Assembly: GCA_964605265.1 (NCBI GenBank)
Contig: CAZSBO010000004.1
Location: 488 to 64,487 of the forward strand
Direction of reading: 5' to 3'
Origin: an uncultured Brevifollis sp.
GTDB lineage: Bacteria; Verrucomicrobiota; Verrucomicrobiia; Verrucomicrobiales; Verrucomicrobiaceae
Length of the DNA stretch: 64,000 bases
The position numbers were made by a program, and so were the translations under genes. Below are positions 1 to 8,177 of this stretch, one piece after another. The notes beneath the pieces were generated by a model, which was not told the origin of the DNA, ran no database searches, and worked only from the letters and a program-made list of their open reading frames with translations. Each line of letters opens with the position of its first letter. The stretch's first letter is position 1.

Positions 1-2137
1 GGAAATGCAGGGCCTGCAGCGCGGTGACTGAACTGTCGCGCACGGCCGTGCAGGCGTTGGGATCAGCGCCATCAAAGGTCTGCAGGTAGGGCGAGGCGGT
101 CAGGCGCTTGGTCATCTGATAGATGCTGCGCTTGTCGCTGGGGTAGTCCGCCTTGAAGGGATGATGCTGGGTGAAACCCCAGTCCTTCATCGGCGGGAAT
201 GGGAAGGCTTCCTGCGGCGGCGCCAGGTCGAGCCGCCCCCCGAGCAGGAGCAGGGTGTCGCGCAGCGACTCGGCATCGAGGCGCTGACGGTTGAACTTCC
301 AATACAGGGTGTTGTTGGGGTCGGACGCGAGGTTGTCCTCGCTGTCGACAGACGCCATGCGCCAGGTACGCGAAGCGAGAATGCGACGATGCAGGTGCTT
401 GAGGGAACTGCCATGGCGCAGGAAGTCGCTGGCGAGCCAGTCGAGCAGCTCGGGATGGCTGGGCGACTCACCGCGCAGACCGAAGTCGCTGGTCGTGGCC
501 ACCAAACCCCGGCCGAAGTGGCGCTGCCAGACGCGGTTGACGATGACGCGGGCGGTCAGGGGATTGTTCGGATCGGTGATCCACTGCGCCAACTGCAGGC
601 GACCGCTGGTCTTTGCGGCGATCTCGGGTGGAAGGGTTTGCCCGCCGAGGATGTCGGGAAACTTGCGCGACACCTCCGCGCCGGGTCGCTCGGGTTCGCC
701 GCGCAACTGGATTCGGGCGTTGCCGGGACGCCCCTCGCTGACAGCGTAGGCGGTCGGCAGCACCGGCCGCTTTTTCAGATGCGCGGCCAGGGCCTCGCCA
801 GCCTTGCGCACGCGCAGGAGAAGACGGTCGAACGCCTCCTTGCGCTGGCGCTGTTCGGCCAGGGAATCCGTGCGTTCGCGGGCGGCATTGTCGCGCGCCA
901 TGGCCTCACATTCCGCCAGCAGCTTGTCGAGTTCGACCTCGAGACGGGCCGTTTCCTTGGCAAACGGCGCGAGTTTGGCAGCGACTTCCGCCTCCGGCAC
1001 CAGTGGCACCAAGTGGTGCTGGGCCTTGAACAACTCCAGGCCGGGCTGCGGGTAGCGCGTGCTGGCGAAGATGCCATACAGCCCGTAATAATCGCGCATG
1101 CGGATCGGATCGAACTTGTGATCGTGGCAACGCGCGCAGCTCAGGGTCAGACCCATCACCGTGCGACCGAGGTTGTCGAGCGTGTCCTCGATCGTCACAT
1201 GCCAGGGGTAGCGCTCGATGAGGGAACCAAAGCGACGCGACAAGGCGATGTAGCCGGTGGCAACGGTCTGACGGTTTTTCTCGGCCTGATTCGCGGCAGG
1301 CAGCAGGTCGCCGGCGAGTTGCTCGGTGAGAAAGCGGTCGTAGGGCAGGTCCTTGTTGAACGACTCGATGACGTAATCGCGGTACAACCGTGCCTGCGGG
1401 ATCGGGTAGTCGGAGTTGTCGCCAGCGGTGTCGGCATAGCGCACCCAGTCGAGCCAGTGGCGCGCCCAGCGCTCGCCGTAGTGCGGACTGGCGAGCAGGG
1501 TTTCCGTGGCGGCGGCCAGGTCGACACTTGATGTCGCAAGGCCGTAGCGTTCCGGCGGCAGGCCGGTCAGGGCATACGCAAGCCGTCGCACCAGCACCTC
1601 GGGTTCTGCATCGGCAACGGGCGTCAGGCCGGCGGCCTCACGTTTCGCCTGGATGAAATGATCGATGGGGTTGAGCGGCCAGGTTTTGTCGCGCACCTCA
1701 GGGATCGGGGGTTCGGCGACGGGCTGGAAGGCCCAGTGCGTGGAGCTGGGCTGGGTCTCGGCCACCGCGACGGGTTCCTCCGGCCAGGGCGCGCCGGCTG
1801 CAATCCAGTCGCGCAGCAAGGCGATCTGCTGGGGCAACAGGCGCTCGCCCTTCGGCGGCATGCGTTCCGTCTTGTGCGTGGAGGTGATGCGCTGAAGCAG
1901 GCCGCTGCGTTCAGGATCGCCGGGAACCAGAGCGGCCTGGCCCGAATCCGCCTGGACCAAGGCGCCGGACTTGCGGTCGTAGCGCAGGCCGCCGTTTTGT
2001 TCGTCGGGCCCATGGCACTTCAGGCAGTGCGCTTCGAAGATCGGTTGGATGTCGCGGTTGAAATCGGGGGCGGCGTTGAGTGATGTCGCCACGCCGAGGA
2101 GCAGCAGTTGCGGCAAGCCCCAACAGGGGCGCGCCAT
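1..2137 (-). CDS. Planctomycete cytochrome c (PSCyt1) + DUF1549 + DUF1553 domain protein, runs off the left edge
   Basis: Manual translation from ATG 2137 (absent from the ORF track because there is no stop in the window): signal peptide, DFNRDIQPIFEAHCLKCH heme motif, HWAFQP, YGERWARHWLD, CARCHDHKFDP, NPLTARVIVNRVWQRHFGRG. Confidence 0.9.
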   Translation of the reverse strand, partial: MARPCWGLPQLLLLGVATSLNAAPDFNRDIQPIFEAHCLKCHGPDEQNGGLRYDRKSGALVQADSGQAALVPGDPERSGLLQRITSTHKTERMPPKGERLLPQQIALLRDWIAAGAPWPEEPVAVAETQPSSTHWAFQPVAEPPIPEVRDKTWPLNPIDHFIQAKREAAGLTPVADAEPEVLVRRLAYALTGLPPERYGLATSSVDLAAATETLLASPHYGERWARHWLDWVRYADTAGDNSDYPIPQARLYRDYVIESFNKDLPYDRFLTEQLAGDLLPAANQAEKNRQTVATGYIALSRRFGSLIERYPWHVTIEDTLDNLGRTVMGLTLSCARCHDHKFDPIRMRDYYGLYGIFASTRYPQPGLELFKAQHHLVPLVPEAEVAAKLAPFAKETARLEVELDKLLAECEAMARDNAARERTDSLAEQRQRKEAFDRLLLRVRKAGEALAAHLKKRPVLPTAYAVSEGRPGNARIQLRGEPERPGAEVSRKFPDILGGQTLPPEIAAKTSGRLQLAQWITDPNNPLTARVIVNRVWQRHFGRGLVATTSDFGLRGESPSHPELLDWLASDFLRHGSSLKHLHRRILASRTWRMASVDSEDNLASDPNNTLYWKFNRQRLDAESLRDTLLLLGGRLDLAPPQEAFPFPPMKDWGFTQHHPFKADYPSDKRSIYQMTKRLTASPYLQTFDGADPNACTAVRDSSVTALQALHF

Positions 2138-2201
2138 GCCGGCCCATCCGCGACTTGGCGGCCGCCGACCCGACACACGTTGGAGCCACCCTGCGCGCAT
2201 C

Positions 2202-2861
2202 TCAGGCAAAACGTTCGGGGTTGAGGATGCGGCGCTTGCCGGCTTCAAGATGCTCGATCATGAGGCGGGCCGCGTCATCGGCACGACCGGCCAGCAGCGC
2301 GGCGACCAAGGCCTCGTGTTCGGCGGTGGATTCCGCCGGGCGGGCGCGGTCGCTGTCGGTGACCCGCAGGATGACCTGATGAATCTTGTCGCGCAGCCGC
2401 TCCATGGTCGAGAGGATCTCGCGATTGCCCAGATAGCTGGCGAGCAGGTAGTGCATCTGCTCGTCGAGACGCATCAACTCGCGCAGATCGTTTCCCACCA
2501 GGGCACGGCGCTGATGGGCGAGGTTGGCCTGCAGCTCTTCCGCCTGGGCCGGCTTCAGGCGGCCGGCCAAACGGCGTACCACCCAGGATTCGACCGCCTC
2601 ACGCAGCTCATAGTGATCGACGATGTCCTCGACGCTGAGACCGCGCACCACAACGCCCTGCTGGGCGGAGATGGTGACAAAGCCCTCGGCTTCCAGTCGC
2701 TCCAAGGCGACGTGCACCGGCGTTTTCGACATGCCGAGTTGGGCGGCGAGCTGGCGTTCCGAGAGGAAGCTGCCGGGCGGGAATTCGCCCGAGGTGATGA
2801 GACGGCGCAGTTCCGCGTAGGCGCGCGACTGGAGACGAACGGGCGGAGGGGCAGATTTCAT
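2202..2861 (-). CDS. GntR family transcriptional regulator (FCD domain)
   Basis: AYAELRRLITSGEFPPG..LSERQLAAQLGMSKTPVHVAL wHTH, then FCD domain with His residues; ATG 2861 preferred over TTG 2870. Confidence 0.92.
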   Translation of the reverse strand: MKSAPPPVRLQSRAYAELRRLITSGEFPPGSFLSERQLAAQLGMSKTPVHVALERLEAEGFVTISAQQGVVVRGLSVEDIVDHYELREAVESWVVRRLAGRLKPAQAEELQANLAHQRRALVGNDLRELMRLDEQMHYLLASYLGNREILSTMERLRDKIHQVILRVTDSDRARPAESTAEHEALVAALLAGRADDAARLMIEHLEAGKRRILNPERFA

Positions 2862-2868
2862 GGCATGC

Positions 2869-2884
2869 AACTGGCATGCCAGTT
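2869..2884. promoter_or_regulatory. Putative GntR autoregulatory operator
   Basis: Perfect 16-bp palindrome AACTGGCATGCCAGTT plus an adjacent TGGCATGCAA copy, just upstream of the GntR start. Confidence 0.7.
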
Positions 2885-3000
2885 ACGTTGCGGCCTGTCG
2901 CATCTTTCTCACGTTGTCCACGGCTCCCTCCGCCCCTACCCTGCCGCATGTTCGCCGCTGCCCCGCCCTCTGCCCTGCCCGCCGCGCCGGGTGACCTGTC

Positions 3001-4038
3001 ATGAGGCCCTTCCTCATTCTCGGCGGCGGTCTTGCCGGCACGACCCTGGCCTGGCGACTCTGGGAGCGCGGCCAGCCCTTTCTGCTGGTCGACCGCGACG
3101 CGCCGGTGACCGCCTCAAAAATCGCCGCCGGTCTGGTGACGCCCATCACCGGCATGCGGCTCGGTTTGAGCTGGCGTTATGCCCTGCTGCACGCGGAGGC
3201 CGTCGCCTTTTACCGCGGCCTGGAGACACGGCTCGGTCGCACCTTTTACCATGAAACCCCGGTCGTGCGCCTGCTGCGCAGCGAGTGGCAGGCCGGACTC
3301 TGGGCCAAGCGCTGCCATCGCCCGGAGTTTGCCCCCTACCTGCAACCGCCGGTCGAGCCGCTGGTGAATCCGGAGGTCTTTGCCCAGCCCTTTGGCGGCT
3401 TCGAACAGCGCCCCGGCGGCTGGCTCGACACGGCCGCCTACCTGCAGGCCAGTCGCGCCTTTTTCGCAGCGGCCGGCTGCTGGCGCACGGGCGAGGTCGA
3501 GTCGATCGACGAGACACCGGCTACCGTGCGTTGGGGCGACGCTGAGTTTGCCGCCGCCATCTGGTGCACCGGCTGGCAGGCGGCGCAGCGGCCCGAACTG
3601 GCCGACGTGCCCTTTCAATCGGCGCGCGGTAGCATCCTCACCGTGCAGGCCGACACCCGCGGGGAAAGCCGCGTCATCAGCGGCGCCTGCTGGCTGGTGC
3701 CGCGCGGCGACGGCAGCCTGCGCGCCGGCCCGACCTACGAGGTGCCCTTCACCGATCCGCACACGCCCTCGCCGGAAGCGCTGGCCGGGCTGGAACAAAA
3801 GCTGCGCGACCTGTTGCGGGTCGACTTCCGCATCACCGACCGCCAGACCGCCGTGCGACCCATCGTGCGCGGCCGCGAAGCCCTGCTCGGCCGCCTGCCC
3901 GGGCGATCCCGCCAGGCCTGCTTCAGCGGCCTCGCCTCCAAGGGCGTGCTGCGCGCCCCCTGGCTGGCGCAGCATCTGGTCACACACCTGCTCGACGGCG
4001 CCGCCCTCGAGGCGCAAGTCGACCTGGCCGGTCTCTGA
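3001..4038 (+). CDS. FAD-dependent oxidoreductase, DAO/glycine oxidase family
   Basis: ILGGGLAG dinucleotide-binding motif, ASKIAAGLVTP, AVRP, GLASKGVLRAP. Confidence 0.85.
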   Translation: MRPFLILGGGLAGTTLAWRLWERGQPFLLVDRDAPVTASKIAAGLVTPITGMRLGLSWRYALLHAEAVAFYRGLETRLGRTFYHETPVVRLLRSEWQAGLWAKRCHRPEFAPYLQPPVEPLVNPEVFAQPFGGFEQRPGGWLDTAAYLQASRAFFAAAGCWRTGEVESIDETPATVRWGDAEFAAAIWCTGWQAAQRPELADVPFQSARGSILTVQADTRGESRVISGACWLVPRGDGSLRAGPTYEVPFTDPHTPSPEALAGLEQKLRDLLRVDFRITDRQTAVRPIVRGREALLGRLPGRSRQACFSGLASKGVLRAPWLAQHLVTHLLDGAALEAQVDLAGL

Positions 4039-4098
4039 CACAGCCATTCGCGCTGGCAGGCGGGCGAATCCCGCCTATGCAGAAGGCTCGCACCCACC

Positions 4099-4944
4099 AT
4101 GGCCGGCTTTTTCAAATCCCTCCTCCAGCGCTTCACCAAACCCGACATCGATTGGGATGACCTCGAGGCCGCCCTCGTCGCCGGCGACCTCGGCCCGCGC
4201 CTGGCGCTGCGCATTGTCGACGATCTCAAGGCCCAGGGCCGCAAGCTGCACGGGGCCGACATCGTCCAGGTGGCACGCGAGCATGTGAAAACCATCCTGC
4301 CGGCGCAGGTGCCCGCCCTGACCCCACTCGACGGCCGGCCCAAGGTCCTGCTCATCGTCGGCGTCAACGGCACCGGCAAGACCACCTCCACCGCCAAGCT
4401 CGCCAAGCACCTGCACGACCACGGCCAAAAGGTCGTGCTGGCCGCGGCCGACACTTTCCGCGCGGCGGCGGTTGAGCAGTTGGAGGTGTGGTCGCAGCGA
4501 CTCCACATCCCCATGGTCAAGGGCCCGCCCAACGGCGATCCGGCGGCAGTCTGCTTTGAGGCCTACGACCTCGCCTGCCGCACCGGCGCCGACTACCTGC
4601 TCTGCGACACCGCCGGCCGACTGCACACCAAGCACAACCTCATGGAGGAACTGAAAAAAGTGCACCGCATCCTCGGCCGCAAGGACCCCACCTCGCCGCA
4701 CGAGGTGCTGCTCGTGGTCGATGCCACCACCGGCGGCAACGCCCTGCAGCAGGCGCGTGAATTCCACAAGGCCATCCCCCTCACCGGCGTCATCGTCACC
4801 AAGCTCGACGGCAGCGGCAAGGGCGGCGTGCTGGTCGCCATCCAGCAGGAACTCGGCATCCCCACCCGCTTCATCGGCCTCGGCGAAAAAGCCGAGGACT
4901 TCCAGCCCTTTGATCCCGGCCGGTTCGTGGCGGAGTTGCTGTAG
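4099..4944 (+). CDS. ftsY: Signal recognition particle receptor FtsY (short, no acidic domain)
   Basis: GVNGTGKTT, DTFRAAA, DTAGRLH, TKLDGSGKGG SRP-GTPase motifs. Confidence 0.96.
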   Translation: MAGFFKSLLQRFTKPDIDWDDLEAALVAGDLGPRLALRIVDDLKAQGRKLHGADIVQVAREHVKTILPAQVPALTPLDGRPKVLLIVGVNGTGKTTSTAKLAKHLHDHGQKVVLAAADTFRAAAVEQLEVWSQRLHIPMVKGPPNGDPAAVCFEAYDLACRTGADYLLCDTAGRLHTKHNLMEELKKVHRILGRKDPTSPHEVLLVVDATTGGNALQQAREFHKAIPLTGVIVTKLDGSGKGGVLVAIQQELGIPTRFIGLGEKAEDFQPFDPGRFVAELL

Positions 4945-4955
4945 AGGGCGGCGCC

Positions 4956-6083
4956 TCAGGCACCAGCCTTGAGATGCGCCTGGATCAGCAGGCCGGCGAC
5001 GTCGTCAAGGGCTTGGTTGGCGGCTTCGGTACCGGTGTTGGTGCAGGCGATCACGGCGAAGCCCTTCTCTGGAGCCAGCCAGGCGACGCTGCGGTTCATC
5101 GTGTTGCTGCCTGCGTGATTGAGCACCCTGCCGCCCCAGGGACGCTCGACCGCAATCCAACCGTAAGCGTAGTTTTCCCCGGGCTGGGTGGCGGTGTGCA
5201 AGCGCTGGTAGGCGGCAGCGGTTTTCAACAGCCGGCCCCGGCCCGCGCGACCCGCCAGGTGCTCGGCCACGAAGAGCCCCCAATCCGTCAGACTCATGTG
5301 CACCGTGCCGGCGGGGCCGAGCACGGCGGGATTGTCCACCAAGGGTCCGTTCTGCGGCATCGGCTCGCCCTTGCCATTGTGCGGCCAGGGCTGGTCGATC
5401 CTGTTCGGCTTGCCAGTGCCGCCAAAACCCGCGTTCTGAATGCCCAGCGGAGCGAACAAGCGCCGGCGCATGAGATCCTCCCAGGAGGCATTCCACACCT
5501 CCTCCAGCATGTGTCCGGCGAGGGCATAACCGAAGTTTGAATACTCGTGCTTTTGCCCGGGCGCAGGCAGATTCGGCGTGCGGGCAGCCAGTTCGAGGGC
5601 GGCTTCGCGCTGGTCCTGCACTTTGCCACCGCCGAGCATGAGCGTGCCCCAGGGAGCATTGGCGGGCAGGCCGGACCAATGGCTGAGCAGATGGGTGAGG
5701 GTGGCTTGGGCAAGCGGCGATTTTTTCAGGTCTCTCTGCCGGGGGAAGACCTCGCCGAGGGTGCTGTCCCAACGCAGTTTTCCCTCCTCCACCGCGATGG
5801 CGGCGAGGGTGGCTGTCATCGCCTTGGTGTTGGAACCCAGGTGCCACAGGTCCTCGGGCGTCACGGGCGGCTTGTCGCCCTTCTTGCGCACCCCGGTCAC
5901 CGCCAGGCTTTGACAGCCCTGCGGAGTGACGATGGCCGCCCCGAGTCCCGGCAAACCCTGCTGGGAACGGATGGCCTCCAGCCTGTCCTTCCATGCCGGG
6001 CTTGCATTGAGCGCTGAGGAGCGACGGGCCAGAAAGATGCCAGCGCTGGTGACAAGGAAGTGACGGCGGGTCAGCAAGCTCAT
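4956..6083 (-). CDS. Serine hydrolase, beta-lactamase family, Tat-exported
   Basis: LTRRHFL Tat-like signal; SNTK (SxxK), YSN and HAG motifs. Confidence 0.88.
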   Translation of the reverse strand: MSLLTRRHFLVTSAGIFLARRSSALNASPAWKDRLEAIRSQQGLPGLGAAIVTPQGCQSLAVTGVRKKGDKPPVTPEDLWHLGSNTKAMTATLAAIAVEEGKLRWDSTLGEVFPRQRDLKKSPLAQATLTHLLSHWSGLPANAPWGTLMLGGGKVQDQREAALELAARTPNLPAPGQKHEYSNFGYALAGHMLEEVWNASWEDLMRRRLFAPLGIQNAGFGGTGKPNRIDQPWPHNGKGEPMPQNGPLVDNPAVLGPAGTVHMSLTDWGLFVAEHLAGRAGRGRLLKTAAAYQRLHTATQPGENYAYGWIAVERPWGGRVLNHAGSNTMNRSVAWLAPEKGFAVIACTNTGTEAANQALDDVAGLLIQAHLKAGA

Positions 6084-6130
6084 GGCGCATTTCACCTCCT
6101 GGAGGGCCTTGTTGGCAAGTCTTTTGCGCT

Positions 6131-6364
6131 TCACTCCACCAGCACGAACATCGCGGCGAAGGTGTTGGTCGGGCGCTCGGCCGCATCGGCGGGCAGGCGG
6201 GTGGAGCGATCCATCATTTCAGAGATGTCCCCGTCCAGATAAAGCGCGTCGCGACAGCCGAGATGCAGGAAAAAGCGACTGAGCTGATGGAAGGTGACAC
6301 GGCCCTTCACGCGATCCTCGCGGTCGCTCATGACAAAGACGATCTCCATCACTGCCCCGGCTTT
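6131..6364 (-). pseudogene. C-terminal remnant of a phosphodiester glycosidase (YigE/NAGPA-like) protein
   Basis: IVFVMSD...VTFHQLSRFFLHLGCRDALYLDGDIS resembles the family C-terminus; in-frame stop at 6365-6367 and no N-terminal two-thirds. Confidence 0.6.
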
Positions 6365-6400
6365 TCACGGGTGGATTCGAAGCAGCACATTGATGGCATC

Positions 6401-6580
6401 TCATTTCCGCAACGCACCGCCGCGCTGGACATTCCTGTAATCTCTAGCCATCATCACGACCTGGGAGAGTGCAATGAAGATGAGAAGCCAGGGGTTCTTT
6501 GAGTGATAGGCTTGGTAAACAGCCAGACCACTTGCAACAAGAATGAAGAAGACTCGGGCTTTGAAAAACTTAATTTTCAT
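6401..6580 (-). CDS. Small basic two-TM membrane protein (59 aa), candidate immunity protein
   Basis: Manual translation MKIKFFKARVFFILVASGLAVYQAYHSKNPWLLIFIALSQVVMMARDYRNVQRGGALRK*; begins 16 nt after the upstream stop; low GC; below the ORF-track length cutoff. Confidence 0.65.
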   Translation of the reverse strand: MKIKFFKARVFFILVASGLAVYQAYHSKNPWLLIFIALSQVVMMARDYRNVQRGGALRK

Positions 6581-6596
6581 GGTTGTTGATTCAACA

Positions 6597-7949
6597 TTAT
6601 GGCAAAGGGGTTATTCCAATCTCATCTCCATAATTATAACCCCATATCACTCCACCGACAATAAGACATACCAATCCCACAACCCCACCTCCCGCTATGC
6701 AACTACCCACAAGCACCCCTAATTCGATCCCAGCTATAATTGCATCCTCGTTACTTTCAAAACCGAATATAGCATCTTCCACCTCCTGTTCAGATTGCTC
6801 CAACTCATAGCTGATCGATTCCTCATTCGAGGCCTCCTCCACCTCTAAAAATCCATTGTCACCATCAGTTTCAGGATCGGTATTCCAGTCATCCGCCACC
6901 CACGGGTCTGTCCCGTTTTGGAATTCGGCGAGGTTGTCGTAACCGTCGCCGTCCGGGTCTTGTGAGGCGTCGCTGGAATCGTCCGGATTGAGCCCGTAGG
7001 AGGTTTCCCAGACATCGGTCATGCCATCGCCATCGCGGTCGTAGTTCTGCGGAATGTTGGCGTCCAGGCTCCAACCCTGGTGGTAGGCGTCCAGATTGCA
7101 AACACTGTCGCCGTCAAGATCGCCATAGAGGTCGTCATTGGCGTCATAAGGATCCATTCCATAATAGGACTCAATGCGGTCAGGGATGCCGCCACCGTCG
7201 CTGTCGGTCAGGTCCACCACGTACCAGTCCGTGAACTGGCCGCTGAGACTGTGGGGATTGTTGGGATCGGTGGAATAGATGTAAAGCTCCTCACCATCGG
7301 TCAAACCATCGCCGTCGCTGTCCACGCTGTAGGGGTCGGTTCCATCGCTGGTCTCAGCCCAGTCGGACACGCCATCGCCGTCGGAGTCAGGCTCCGTCAC
7401 GGGATAGTAGTGATCATCGTAGTCACTGCGGCCATTGCCGTCCGTGTCCCAGTTGATGGGATCCGTGAAGGACACGTTGGCCTCAAAGTCATCGCTGAGG
7501 CCGTCGCCATCGCTGTCCTGGGGCGTTGTGTCCGAGTTGGTCGCCCCGGCTTCCTCCTCGGTGATGCCAGGATTCTCTTCGGGAGGATTGGCGGCATAGA
7601 AGTCGGCCAAATCACTCTGGCCATTGCCATCCGTATCCCAGTTCAGTGGGTCGGTCCCGGTCGTGAAGACTTCGTCGCCATCGTTGATGCCGTCGGAATC
7701 GGTGTCGTAGAGGTATGGGTCGGTGCCGAGCCAGAGTTCATACCAGTTCGGCAGGCCGTCGAGGTCCGGGTCACCCCCATCAGGTCCGTTCTCGGGTTCG
7801 GGATCGGCCGACTGCCACACGGGCTGGAGGGAGGCATCCGGGACGTAGTGCGCTTGCAGGGTGTTGCCGCCGATGAAGCAGATGAAGGCCAGCAGTTGCA
7901 GGGTGTGGCCGACGTGATTCCAATGTTTACCGATGTGTCGTAGTGACAT
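6597..7949 (-). CDS. Secreted thrombospondin-type-3-like (DxDxDG) Ca-binding repeat protein with hydrophobic Gly-rich C-terminal tip
   Basis: N-terminal signal-like segment; many D[ST]DxDGxxD...GTDP repeats; acidic linker; C-terminal IIAGIELGVLVGSCIAGGGVVGLVCLIVGGVIWG. Confidence 0.85.
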   Translation of the reverse strand: MSLRHIGKHWNHVGHTLQLLAFICFIGGNTLQAHYVPDASLQPVWQSADPEPENGPDGGDPDLDGLPNWYELWLGTDPYLYDTDSDGINDGDEVFTTGTDPLNWDTDGNGQSDLADFYAANPPEENPGITEEEAGATNSDTTPQDSDGDGLSDDFEANVSFTDPINWDTDGNGRSDYDDHYYPVTEPDSDGDGVSDWAETSDGTDPYSVDSDGDGLTDGEELYIYSTDPNNPHSLSGQFTDWYVVDLTDSDGGGIPDRIESYYGMDPYDANDDLYGDLDGDSVCNLDAYHQGWSLDANIPQNYDRDGDGMTDVWETSYGLNPDDSSDASQDPDGDGYDNLAEFQNGTDPWVADDWNTDPETDGDNGFLEVEEASNEESISYELEQSEQEVEDAIFGFESNEDAIIAGIELGVLVGSCIAGGGVVGLVCLIVGGVIWGYNYGDEIGITPLP

Positions 7950-8177
7950 GGCGTCGAAAAATTGAAGGTGAATCTCTGGGAATTATTTCAAGAGATTCAC
8001 TACACAAAGCGAAAAAGATTCCGCAATTCAATCATTTTCTTCACGCGTTATCTGATCATCGCATGTTTATAGACCCTAGGCCAAACACTTGCTGTGCAGA
8101 CGCGTTTTGCCGAACTTCTGTGCCCACCTCTGGTGGCACACCTCAAGCGTTCCTCCTCATCGCCCAAAACCGCCTCC

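Noticed and set aside
161-1531. 456-aa plus-strand ORF
   Set aside because: Antisense shadow of the DUF1549/DUF1553 gene on the minus strand
4956-6083. True beta-lactamase resistance gene
   Set aside because: SxxK/YxN/HxG pattern is shared by the broad esterase/peptidase family; activity cannot be inferred
6219-6404. 61-aa ORF overlapping the stop of the 59-aa membrane ORF
   Set aside because: Mostly an alternative frame of the glycosidase remnant; composition is not protein-like
6890-7790. Repeated GCCATCGCCGTC-like sequences as a possible CRISPR or DNA repeat array
   Set aside because: They encode DxDGDG protein repeats; irregular spacing, no cas genes
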